Source: Actinomycetota bacterium
Lineage (GTDB): Bacteria > Actinomycetota > Acidimicrobiia > IMCC26256 > PALSA-555
DNA length: 64,000 nt
Assembly: GCA_016870355.1 (NCBI GenBank)
Contig: VGBR01000011.1
Span: forward strand, 33,140 to 97,139
Reading direction: 5' to 3'
In this document: in pieces, positions 26,951 to 35,797 of the stretch
How the letters are laid out: each line of letters begins with the position of its first letter
How positions within the stretch are numbered: position 1 is the first letter of the stretch
Position numbers and translations under genes: made by a program
The notes under the pieces: generated by a model
Database searches by the model: none
What the model saw: the letters and a program-made list of their open reading frames with translations, nothing else
Told to the model about the DNA's origin: nothing

Positions 26951-28722
26951 GTGGCGCACTCCGAGTCGCCGACCTGTGCCTCGTACGGACCGGTCTCGTC
27001 GAAGTCGACGTAGAAGTCGGGCGCATCGTCGGGCGTCGGGAACTCGTCGAGGTCCTTGAGCCCGTCGCCGACTCCCTTCGCACCGCCGCTGCGGCCAAGC
27101 CAGTCGGTGAACGTCTCACCCGCTGAGCGCTCGTTCGCGAAGCGGTCGACGACGCGCACGACGGCCTGAGCGGCCGCCTTCGCCGGCACCTTGGAAGCCT
27201 TCTCGCCGAACGCGATCTCCATCTGACCGACGCGGCCGCCGAGGAACATCTGGTACCCAGGCGCGGAGCGACCGTGGGCGCGCCGCTCGAGTCCGCAGAA
27301 GCCGATGTCGGAGATGTGGTGCTGACCGCACGAGTTCGTGCAGCCCGAGATGTTGACGCGCACGCCACCGACCTCGGCGAGGCCTGCCTCGTCGAGCGCG
27401 CGGCCGATGTCGGCTGCGAGGCCGCGTGACTGGGTGACCGCGAGGTTGCAGGTGTCGGCACCCGGGCACGCCACCACGTCACGGGCGAGCTCTGCACCGG
27501 CTTCGGCCATGTCCAGCGCGGCGAGCCGCTCGTGCAGCTCGGGGAGCTGGTCCTCGGTGAGGCCGCGGAGCACGAAGTTCTGGCGGTTCGTGATGCGAAC
27601 CTCGACGCCGAAGTCCTGCTGCACCGCAACCAAGCCGCGGAACTGCGCGGTGGTGATGTCGCCGAGGCGGCAGTAGGCGTAGGCGCTCACGGTGCCGTTG
27701 GCGCGGCCGCGCACCACGTTCGCCAGCTCCCACTTGTTGTAGGGGTCGAGTCCCTTGAGCTCCACGGGCACGCCGTCGGCCGGGGTGGTGCTCATGCCCG
27801 CGGGCGCGTCGCCGTGCTCGGCAACCGGCGCGGGGATGCCGCCGGGGTACGACGACGATGCGATCAGGAACTTGCGCTCCTTGATGATCCGCTCGCGCAG
27901 CTCGTCGATGCCCATCGTGTCGACGAGCCACTTGAGCCGGGCGCGCAGCTTGTTGTCACGGTTGCCGTGGTGGTCCTGCACGCGCAGGATCGCCTCGATC
28001 GTCGGCAGCAGGTCGTCGCGTGAGGTGAACTCCTCCAGCGCCTGCGCGGGGTGCGGGTTCGCGCCGAGTCCACCGGCCATGAACACCCGGAACCCGGGCT
28101 CCACCGAACCGTCGGGCAACGGACGGCTGACGGCGATCACGCCGACGTCGTTGAACATCGCCTGGCCGCAGTCGGTGGCGCAGCCGGAGAAGTTGATCTT
28201 GAACTTGCGGGGGAGGCGCTGCGCGATCGGGTTGCGCAGGAAGAGGTCCTTGGCGGCCTCGGCCCACGGGCTGATGTCGAGCACCTCGTACGGGCACGCG
28301 CCGGCGAGGTGGCAGCCGGCGACGTTGCGCACGGTGTCGCCGCACGCCTCGCGGCTGGTCATGCCGACCGACGCGAGCAACCGCAGTGCCTCGGCCGTCT
28401 GCTCGAGCTCGACGAAGTGGAACTGCACGTTCTGGCGCGTAGTGAGGTGACCCCAGCCGCGGGAGAAGTTCTCCGCGATGTACGCCATCATCTCGAGCTG
28501 GTCGGGCTCGACGCGACCGTACGGGATCTTGACGCGCAGCATCTGGTTGTGGCCGCCTTGACGCTGGCCGTAGATGCCCTGGTTCAAACGGAACACGCGG
28601 AAGGCGTCCTCGTCGATCTCGCCCGCGAGGTACTTGCGCACACCCTCTTGGAAGCGATCGAGCTCGGCCTCGATCTCGGGCTCGAGCGGGCGGACGCGCA
28701 GGGAGGTGACGTCGATGCTCAT
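26947..28722 (-). CDS. sir: Ferredoxin-dependent sulfite/nitrite reductase (siroheme)
   Basis: GIYGQRQ, HLTTRQNVQ, LPRKFK, ACPGADTC, SGCTNSCGQH; coupled to cysH. Confidence 0.92.
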   Translation of the reverse strand: MSIDVTSLRVRPLEPEIEAELDRFQEGVRKYLAGEIDEDAFRVFRLNQGIYGQRQGGHNQMLRVKIPYGRVEPDQLEMMAYIAENFSRGWGHLTTRQNVQFHFVELEQTAEALRLLASVGMTSREACGDTVRNVAGCHLAGACPYEVLDISPWAEAAKDLFLRNPIAQRLPRKFKINFSGCATDCGQAMFNDVGVIAVSRPLPDGSVEPGFRVFMAGGLGANPHPAQALEEFTSRDDLLPTIEAILRVQDHHGNRDNKLRARLKWLVDTMGIDELRERIIKERKFLIASSSYPGGIPAPVAEHGDAPAGMSTTPADGVPVELKGLDPYNKWELANVVRGRANGTVSAYAYCRLGDITTAQFRGLVAVQQDFGVEVRITNRQNFVLRGLTEDQLPELHERLAALDMAEAGAELARDVVACPGADTCNLAVTQSRGLAADIGRALDEAGLAEVGGVRVNISGCTNSCGQHHISDIGFCGLERRAHGRSAPGYQMFLGGRVGQMEIAFGEKASKVPAKAAAQAVVRVVDRFANERSAGETFTDWLGRSGGAKGVGDGLKDLDEFPTPDDAPDFYVDFDETGPYEAQVGDSECAT

Positions 28723-28873
28723 GACGGCCTCGCCTCCATTGGTCGACTCCGCTTCGTCGTCCCGGCCGTCCGGCCACGACTTCGCTGCGTTTCGATGATG
28801 AGGTCTTGCGAGAGGTAAGACACGCGCGGCTCCCGGAAAGGAGGGACGGGGAAGCGGGGCGCGGGCGCTGTGA

Positions 28874-28975
28874 CTAGCGGGCGCGACCCGGACGGACGCA
28901 GCGACACATCTCGTCGCGCACCTCGTGCGGCGTACGGCCCATCGAGATGGATGGCGCACCGCGGTCCCGGATCAC
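28874..28975 (-). CDS. Putative leaderless Cys-containing leader peptide (33 aa)
   Basis: MIRDRGAPSISMGRTPHEVRDEMCRCVRPGRAR; -10 TACGCT (28988-28983) lies 7 nt before the GTG; upstream of sir-cysH. Confidence 0.55.
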   Translation of the reverse strand: MIRDRGAPSISMGRTPHEVRDEMCRCVRPGRAR

Positions 28976-29095
28976 GAGGAACAGCGTACCCACTCCCACC
29001 CCCAAATACCAGCGGCAAGGTCAGATTTCCGCCCCGAGCCCTTGCCCGGCGGGATTTGACCCGTTCGGGGACCCGTCCCCTCGTACCCTCACCTC

Positions 29096-30820
29096 ATGCG
29101 GATGTCCCGGCTGTTCCTGCGCACCCTGCGCGACGACCCGGCTGGCGCAGACATCGCGAGCCATCGGCTCCTGCTGCGGGCCGGATGCATCCGGCAGGTC
29201 GCCAGCGGGGTCTACGCCTGGTTGCCGATCGGCCAGCGGGTGCTGGCCAAGGTCGCCCAGATCGTGCGGGAAGAGATGGATGCGGCAGGCGCGCAGGAGA
29301 TGACGATGCCGATCGTCCAACCGCGAGAGCTGTGGGAGCAGACCAAGCGCGACGTCGACTACGGACCATTGATGTTCCGCCTCGAGGACCGCAAGCAGGC
29401 TCGCTACAACCTGTCGCCCACGGCGGAAGAGGTCATCACCACCATCGTCGCCGGGGAGCTCGAGAGCTACCGCGATCTCCCGATGAACCTCTACCAGATC
29501 AACTGGAAGTACCGCGACGAGCTGCGACCGCGGTTCGGTTTGCTGCGCGCGCGTGAGTTCCTGATGAAGGACGCGTACTCGTTCCACATCGATGTCGATG
29601 ACCTGAAGCGCACCTATCAGGACATGTACGACGCGTACTCGCGTGTGTTCACACGCTGCGCGCTCACCTTCCGACCCGTCGAAGGTGAGGCGGGAGAGAT
29701 CGGCGGCGACACCAACCACGAGTTCATGGCGATGGCGGCAGTCGGTGAGGACGACGTCGTCTGGTGCCAGAAGTGTGACTACGCCGCGAACGCCGAGGTG
29801 GCGCGACGGAAGTCCGAGACGGTGGATGGCAAGGCTGACGCGCCGGCCCGAGAGAAGGTGCACACGCCCGACATGCCGGGGATCACCGCGGTCGCCGAGC
29901 ACCTTGGGGTGCCGGCCGGCGAGCTGCTCAAGTGCATCGCCTTCGACCTCGACGGTGAGGTCGGGCTGGCGCTCGTGCCTGGCGACCGCGACGTGAACCC
30001 GGCGGCGCTCGCGCAAGCGGTCGCGCCCAAGCGCGCTCGCTTGCTCGCCGACGACGACTTCGCGGCCCATCCCCATGTGGTGAAGGGCTACATCGGTCCC
30101 GACGCCGAATCCGTTGCCCTGGTCATCGCCGATCCGATGGTGAGCGCTCCACACGGGTGGGTGACCGGCGCGAACGAGATCGACCACCATGTCCGCAGCG
30201 CGGTGCTCGGCCGCGACTTCGAGGTCGGGGAGTGGGCTGACCTGGTCGCGGTGGTTCCGGGCGATCCCTGCCCGCGGTGTGGATCCCCGTTGTCGATCGA
30301 CCGCGGGATCGAAGTCGGCCAGGTGTTCGAGCTCGGCACGAAGTACTCGGAGGCGCTCGGCGCCCTCTACACCGACGAAGCCGGCGCGCAGCATCCGATG
30401 GTGATGGGTTGCTACGGCATCGGGATCTCGCGCATCATCACTGCGGTCGTGGAGGAGCACCACGATGAGCAAGGGATCGCGTGGCCCGCGGAGCTCGCGC
30501 CGTACGACGTGCACCTCGTCGTCATCCCCGGCAAGGGCGACGAAGCGAGCGAAGTCATCAAGACGGCCGACGAGCTCTACGACGCGCTCGCCAACGCAGG
30601 TGTTGACGTGCTCTACGACGACCGTGATGCCTCGCCCGGCGTGAAGTTCGCCGACGCCGATCTGCTCGGGGTGCCCGTGCGCCTCACCGTGGGCGCGAAG
30701 GGCCTCAAACGCGACGTCGTCGAGCGGAAGCTTCGCAAGACCGGCGAGGAATCAGAGCTCCAGATCACCGACGACCTGCTCACCGTGAGCGCAGAAGAGC
30801 TGCGTACCGCTGTGCTCTGA
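29096..30820 (+). CDS. proS: Proline--tRNA ligase with INS editing domain
   Basis: SHRLLLRAG, PTAEE, KYRDELRPRFGLLR.REF.MKD, GCYGIG. Confidence 0.98.
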   Translation: MRMSRLFLRTLRDDPAGADIASHRLLLRAGCIRQVASGVYAWLPIGQRVLAKVAQIVREEMDAAGAQEMTMPIVQPRELWEQTKRDVDYGPLMFRLEDRKQARYNLSPTAEEVITTIVAGELESYRDLPMNLYQINWKYRDELRPRFGLLRAREFLMKDAYSFHIDVDDLKRTYQDMYDAYSRVFTRCALTFRPVEGEAGEIGGDTNHEFMAMAAVGEDDVVWCQKCDYAANAEVARRKSETVDGKADAPAREKVHTPDMPGITAVAEHLGVPAGELLKCIAFDLDGEVGLALVPGDRDVNPAALAQAVAPKRARLLADDDFAAHPHVVKGYIGPDAESVALVIADPMVSAPHGWVTGANEIDHHVRSAVLGRDFEVGEWADLVAVVPGDPCPRCGSPLSIDRGIEVGQVFELGTKYSEALGALYTDEAGAQHPMVMGCYGIGISRIITAVVEEHHDEQGIAWPAELAPYDVHLVVIPGKGDEASEVIKTADELYDALANAGVDVLYDDRDASPGVKFADADLLGVPVRLTVGAKGLKRDVVERKLRKTGEESELQITDDLLTVSAEELRTAVL

Positions 30821-30882
30821 GAGGCGCGTGTTCGTCTTCTCTGCACGGCATCTCGACACCATCTGCACAGCTCATCCGTAGG

Positions 30883-31497
30883 ATGCGCGGCGTGGATGTC
30901 TTGATGGGGAACGGCATCTGGATGGTGTGGAACACGATCCTCGCCCTGATCCCGCTCGTGTTCGCGGTGTTCCTGTTCGCGGGCGACCGTCGTCACCATC
31001 GTGTGCATTGGTGGCTCGGTGTCGTGGTGTTCGTCGCCTTCCTGCCGAATGGTCCGTACGTGATCACCGACTTGATGCACCTCCGGGGCGATTACGCCGC
31101 GTTGCAGGGCGATCAGAGCACCCGCCTGTTGCTCGCGCTGCAGTACGCGGTGTTCGTGCTCATCGGCGTCGCGGCGTACGCGGGCTCACTTGAGCTACTG
31201 CGCCGCTACGTCCGTGCGCGCGGCTGGTCGAAGTCGCGCGCGCTGGGTCTGGAGCTTGTGCTGCACGCGCTGTGCTCGGTCGGTGTGCTCCTCGGCCGCT
31301 TCGCTCGGTTCAACAGCTGGGAGATCGGCACCCGACCCGGCGACATCCTCGATCACGCCACGTCGCGTCTCGACCGACCGGGCAGCTGGCTCCTCTTGTT
31401 CACGACGTTCGCGGTGATCGCGAGCGCCACAGGGCTGCTCCGCCTCGTGGGGTCCGGGTTCGGCCACCTCCGGGATGGGATAGACAGCCGTACGTGA
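30883..31497 (+). CDS. DUF1361 family membrane protein
   Basis: WNTILA, FLPNGPYVITDL.HL, LGRFARFNSWE. Confidence 0.85.
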   Translation: MRGVDVLMGNGIWMVWNTILALIPLVFAVFLFAGDRRHHRVHWWLGVVVFVAFLPNGPYVITDLMHLRGDYAALQGDQSTRLLLALQYAVFVLIGVAAYAGSLELLRRYVRARGWSKSRALGLELVLHALCSVGVLLGRFARFNSWEIGTRPGDILDHATSRLDRPGSWLLLFTTFAVIASATGLLRLVGSGFGHLRDGIDSRT

Positions 31498-32558
31498 CGC
31501 TCGCCGTGCGACCACCCGTGTCGCCGATGCTCGCCAAGCTGACTCGTGAGCTGCCCACAGGTGACGGGTGGGCGTACGAGCCGAAGTGGGACGGGTTCCG
31601 CTGCATCGTGTTCCGCGACGGCGACGACGTGGTGCTCGGCAGCCGCAACGAGAAGCCCATGGAGCGCTACTTCCCCGAGATCCTCGGTCCGCTGCGCGAC
31701 GTGCTCCCAGACCAAGCGGTGGTCGACGGTGAGCTCGTGATCGCGACCGAGCACGGTCTCGACTTCGAGATGCTCTCGCAGCGCATCCACCCGGCCGAGA
31801 GCCGGATCAACAAGCTCGCGGGCGAGTGGCCGGTGTCGTTCGTCGCGTTCGACCTCCTTGCCGCGGACAACGACGATCTGCGCACCTCGCCCTTCTCCGA
31901 GCGACGGGCGCGCCTCGAACAGATCGTCGGTGCGGGGAACGACTCCGTGCACCTCACCCCGCTGACCACCGACCCCACGGTCGCCGAGCAGTGGTTCGAG
32001 CGCTTCGAGGGAGCGGGGCTCGACGGCGTCGTCGCCAAACGCCTCGACGAGTCGTATCAAGAGAACAAGCGCACGATGGCGAAGGTGAAGCACCTGCGCA
32101 CCGCCGACTTCGTGGTCGCGGGGTACCGCACCCACAAGGACGGCAACGGCGTCGGTTCGTTGCTGCTCGGCCTGTTCGACGACGCCGGCGATCTGCACCA
32201 CGTCGGCGTCGCCAGCAGCTTTGCCGCGCCGATGCGCAAGCAGCTCAAGGACGAGATCGCCGACCTCGAGAAGGACGCGTCCGTCGGCCACCCGTGGGGT
32301 GAATGGGCGAACGCGCAGGAGAACCTGGGCCAGATGCCCGGTGCCGGCAACCGGTGGAACGCCAAGAAGGACATGAGCTGGACGCCGTTGCGCATCGAAC
32401 GCGTCGCGGAAGTCGCGTACGAGCACCTCCAAGGCGATCGCTTCCGGCACACGGCGCGCTTCCAACGTTGGCGTCCCGATCGCGAGCCGTCGTCGTGCAC
32501 GTATGAACAGCTCGAGTCGCCCGTGCCGATCGAGTTGAAAGAGGTATTCGGGGTCTGA
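31494..32558 (+). CDS. ligC: ATP-dependent DNA ligase LigC
   Basis: PMLAK, YEPKWDGFR, GLDGVVAK, KVKH.RTAD, FRH..RWRPDR. Confidence 0.9.
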   Translation: MTLAVRPPVSPMLAKLTRELPTGDGWAYEPKWDGFRCIVFRDGDDVVLGSRNEKPMERYFPEILGPLRDVLPDQAVVDGELVIATEHGLDFEMLSQRIHPAESRINKLAGEWPVSFVAFDLLAADNDDLRTSPFSERRARLEQIVGAGNDSVHLTPLTTDPTVAEQWFERFEGAGLDGVVAKRLDESYQENKRTMAKVKHLRTADFVVAGYRTHKDGNGVGSLLLGLFDDAGDLHHVGVASSFAAPMRKQLKDEIADLEKDASVGHPWGEWANAQENLGQMPGAGNRWNAKKDMSWTPLRIERVAEVAYEHLQGDRFRHTARFQRWRPDREPSSCTYEQLESPVPIELKEVFGV

Positions 32559-33619
32559 TGCATCGAGTCGTGCAGTGGGGAACAGGGAACGTCGGACGGC
32601 TCGCGTTGCGCGCCATCATCGAGCACCCGCACCTCGAGCTCGCGGGTGTGATCGTGCACAGCGCAGACAAGATCGGGCGGGACGCGGCCGAGCTGTGCGC
32701 GCTCGACACGCCGACCGGTGTCGTTGCTACCGACGACGTCGACGGGCTGCTCGCGGAGAACCCGGATGTGGTGTCGTACATGGCGACCGGCGATCTTCGG
32801 CCCGTGGAGGCGGTACGCGACCTGTGTCGCGTGCTGAGCGCCGGGGTGAACGTTGTGAACACCGCGGTCGTGCCGCTCGTCTACCCGCCGGCCGCGGATG
32901 CGCGACAGGTGCGGATGCTCGAAGAGGCGTGCGCGGAAGGCGGCTCATCGTGCTTCACGTCCGGGATCGACCCTGGCTTCGCCAACGATCTGCTGCCGCT
33001 CACGCTCACTGGCATGTGCGCCCGTGTCGAGTCGGTGCGCATCCAAGAGAACCTCAACTACGACACCTATGACCAGGCCGAGGTGCTGTTCGGCATGTTC
33101 GGGTTCGGCAAGCCGCTGGACGAGACGCCGCTCATCCTCTCGCCAGGAGTGCTGCGGATCACCTGGGGTCCGACGGTGCAGATGATCGCCAACGCGCTCG
33201 ACGTGCAGCTCGACGACATCGCGGAGGTGCACGAGCGTCGACCGGCAACGGAGACGTTCGACATCCCAACCGGCACGATCGAAGCTGGCACGACCGGCGC
33301 ACTTCGCTTCGAGGTGCAGGGCATCGTGAACGGTCGTCCCGCGATCGTGCTCGAGCACGTGACCCGCTTGCGCGATGACCTCGCGCCGGAATGGCCGGCA
33401 CCACCCGAAGGTGGTGGCTACCGCATCGAGATCGTCGGCGACCCGTGCTGGACGATGGAGCTCGGCATGCGCGGCGCCGACGGCGACCACAACACCGGCG
33501 GGTTGCTCGCCACCGCGATGCGACTCCTCAACGCGATCCCTGCCGTCTGCGCCGCCCCACCTGGTCTGCTCACCCCCACCGATCTCCCCCTCATCACCGG
33601 CCGCGGCCTCCTCAGCTGA
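32558..33619 (+). CDS. NAD(P)-dependent oxidoreductase (DapB-like / amine dehydrogenase family)
   Basis: VVQWGTGNVG Rossmann start, SGIDPGFANDL, NAIPAVCAAPPG. Confidence 0.8.
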   Translation: MHRVVQWGTGNVGRLALRAIIEHPHLELAGVIVHSADKIGRDAAELCALDTPTGVVATDDVDGLLAENPDVVSYMATGDLRPVEAVRDLCRVLSAGVNVVNTAVVPLVYPPAADARQVRMLEEACAEGGSSCFTSGIDPGFANDLLPLTLTGMCARVESVRIQENLNYDTYDQAEVLFGMFGFGKPLDETPLILSPGVLRITWGPTVQMIANALDVQLDDIAEVHERRPATETFDIPTGTIEAGTTGALRFEVQGIVNGRPAIVLEHVTRLRDDLAPEWPAPPEGGGYRIEIVGDPCWTMELGMRGADGDHNTGGLLATAMRLLNAIPAVCAAPPGLLTPTDLPLITGRGLLS

Positions 33620-33630
33620 CGAACACCGGG

Positions 33631-33677
33631 TTTTCGGCACGCTGAACCCAACTCTGTGTTGTTCAGCGTGCCGAAAA
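33631..33677. repeat. REP-like inverted repeat, family B, copy 2 (17-bp arms, 13-nt loop) between convergent genes
   Basis: TTTTCGGCACGCTGAAC-N13-GTTCAGCGTGCCGAAAA. Confidence 0.85.
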
Positions 33678-33692
33678 ACCGGGTGGGATGCG

Positions 33693-34886
33693 TCAGACGG
33701 AGACGGTGGCGGGTGCGGGGCGGTAGCTCTCGACGCGCAGCGTGTCGAGCAAGAGAGCGACTTGGTCGGGGTTGCCTTCCACGCCGATGCGACCGAAGCC
33801 GTCGTCGGTGCACTGCTCGATCGCTGAGTAGTTGGGAAGCTCCAGCGGTGGGCGAGTCGAGCACGGACCTGGCGTGAGCACGACGCTCACGTAGATGTCG
33901 CTGCCGTTCGACCACGACAGCTCGATCGGGTAGCGGCTCGGGTCGCCCGTGAACGAAGACTTCGCGAGCTGCACACCCTCCGCCTCGACCTGGTCATGGG
34001 CGAAGCGCACCGGCGCGGACGGAGTCAGCACCGGGAAGCCGTCCTTCGACGTGTAACCCGTGAGGTGCCGCGCGACGCGCGCCCGGTCTCGCTCGCTGAG
34101 CACTTCGTCGCCGTCGTCGTTGAACTGGTAGGTGCGAGAGACGAAGCCAGTCCACTTGCCCAGATCGATCACCAAGCCCATGCGCGCGTCGAGCTCGACC
34201 TCCCGCTGACCGGTCGGACCTTCGTACGTGCGCACGAGCTGTTGGGCTTCCACCGCGCCCGGTTGGAACGACACGGTGATCGGTGGACCGTCGTCCAGCA
34301 GCAGCTCGGCGTACGGCCGCACCTTCCACCCGTCGGACATCTCCTCCGGCAGGATCAGCTTCGCCCGCGCCCCGTCGGGAAAGGTGAGCGCGACTTGGTG
34401 CGCGCCGCTCGCGACGGTCGACGCGACCTCGTGCTGCCGATAGGGGATCTTCTTCGGATCGCCGGGACAGCGAACCGGCGTCCACTCCAGCAAGATCGCG
34501 CACACCGTGTCGCGGGCCACGAGCCAACGCCCGTCGATCTTGTGCGCGGCGCCCGGCCACCCGGTGACGAGCATCCCGTTCGCCATCAGGCTGGCGTTCA
34601 CCTCGGCATCGCCGCCGAACGCATGGACCGAGTACACCTCGATCCCGGTTGACTGGATGGGGAAGCCGCTGATGTCGTCCAGCGAATCGAGCTCGCGGAG
34701 GGTGGCACGGAGCTTCTCGCCGTCCTCGAGGTGGGTGAGGCGCTCTCCGAGCGGGATGGACCGGTCGAACACCCGCGCGTACGCCTCACGGATCTGAGCC
34801 TCAGCACCCACATCCTTGGCTCCAGCCACGGGCGCCATCCCGAGCGACACCAAGACCAGCGCGACGAGGACGAGGGGGCGGCTCAC
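33693..34886 (-). CDS. Secreted hypothetical protein
   Basis: Signal peptide (AGA site); two Cys pairs; N-domain ends G.A..IDGRWLVARDTVC. Confidence 0.75.
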   Translation of the reverse strand: MSRPLVLVALVLVSLGMAPVAGAKDVGAEAQIREAYARVFDRSIPLGERLTHLEDGEKLRATLRELDSLDDISGFPIQSTGIEVYSVHAFGGDAEVNASLMANGMLVTGWPGAAHKIDGRWLVARDTVCAILLEWTPVRCPGDPKKIPYRQHEVASTVASGAHQVALTFPDGARAKLILPEEMSDGWKVRPYAELLLDDGPPITVSFQPGAVEAQQLVRTYEGPTGQREVELDARMGLVIDLGKWTGFVSRTYQFNDDGDEVLSERDRARVARHLTGYTSKDGFPVLTPSAPVRFAHDQVEAEGVQLAKSSFTGDPSRYPIELSWSNGSDIYVSVVLTPGPCSTRPPLELPNYSAIEQCTDDGFGRIGVEGNPDQVALLLDTLRVESYRPAPATVSV

Positions 34887-34965
34887 GCCGGTTCGACGCC
34901 CTGCCGAGCGTCCGCGTTGCCTGTGGGAACCCTGATCGGCCAGAGAAATTCAGGGCGTCCTCTGG

Positions 34966-34971
34966 TACAAT
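34966..34971 (+). promoter_or_regulatory. Extended -10 (TGG-TACAAT) of the rimP-nusA-infB operon
   Basis: Near-consensus -10 about 105 nt before rimP. Confidence 0.65.
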
Positions 34972-35015
34972 CTCTCGGCAAGTTCGGCTGGCGAGACGGC
35001 CCCCCGGTCGTCGAC

Positions 35016-35044
35016 GACGTGGGCATGTGCCCACGTCTTTTTTT
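35016..35044 (+). terminator. Intrinsic terminator/attenuator in the rimP leader
   Basis: GACGTGGGC-ATGT-GCCCACGTC followed by T7, between promoter and rimP. Confidence 0.85.
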
Positions 35045-35076
35045 CGGGCGAGCGCCCGGGAGGAGGTGAGGCGGCG

Positions 35077-35721
35077 ATGACGGACCGACCTGCCTCCTTG
35101 GTCGACTCCGCAAGCTCCGTCTCCTCAGGAGGCGAGCAGCGGAGCCCCTCGCCTCCTCAAGCCTTGGTCGACGCCGTCGAGCCCGTCCTCAGCCGCCTCG
35201 GACTCGAGCTCTACGACCTCGAGCTCGTCGGCCGCCCGCCGAGCCGCATCCTGCGCATCACGATCGACCGCGCAGGCGGCGGCTCTGCCGACCGCCGGAG
35301 CACGGAGTCGTCGCCTGCGACGGCGACCAATGTGGGCGAGGGCGGCGTCGACCTCGACGCGATCACCGCGACCACCGAGGCGCTCTCACCCATCCTCGAC
35401 CACGACCCCGCAGCCGAGGCGGTCCTGCGCGGCGCGTACACGCTCGAAGTCACCAGCCCCGGCCTCGAGCGCAGCCTGCGTACGCCCGACCACTTCCGGC
35501 GCGCCATCGGCACCACGGTCTCGGTCAAGACGGGCGCGGGCGCCGACGCGCAGCGCCGTCGCGGCACCCTCGTGGGCGCCGACGACGCCAGCCTCGACCT
35601 CGACGTCGACGGCACCCGCGAGCACATCGCCTACGCCGACGTCATCCAAGCCCGCACGGTTTTCGAGTGGGGCTCCGCTTCCACGCCGAAGCGCGGCAAG
35701 CGTCAGAAGGTCTCAACATGA
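35077..35721 (+). CDS. rimP: Ribosome maturation factor RimP with two repeat-derived insertions
   Basis: LELYDLE, GGVDLD, YTLEVTSPGLER.L; upstream of nusA. Confidence 0.93.
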   Translation: MTDRPASLVDSASSVSSGGEQRSPSPPQALVDAVEPVLSRLGLELYDLELVGRPPSRILRITIDRAGGGSADRRSTESSPATATNVGEGGVDLDAITATTEALSPILDHDPAAEAVLRGAYTLEVTSPGLERSLRTPDHFRRAIGTTVSVKTGAGADAQRRRGTLVGADDASLDLDVDGTREHIAYADVIQARTVFEWGSASTPKRGKRQKVST

Positions 35722-35797
35722 ACAGGGAACACAGCGAAGCCGTGCTCGGACGAGCCCAATCGGTGAGGGCGCGGCGTAGCGGAGTCACCCAATGAAC
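35718..35797 (+). repeat. 74-bp insert at the rimP/nusA overlap with ATGAAC direct repeats, forming a 25-aa bridging ORF
   Basis: ATGAAC at 35718 and 35792; ORF 35718-35795 overlaps the rimP stop and the nusA start; contains GCGGAGTCACCCAATG. Confidence 0.65.

Noticed and set aside
28725-28870. SAM riboswitch upstream of sir
   Set aside because: I could not match the conserved SAM-I/IV core elements; a leader peptide plus repeat explains the region better.
5043-33677. Palindromic repeats as a CRISPR array or integron attC sites
   Set aside because: Isolated copies far apart, no spacer periodicity, no cas or intI genes.
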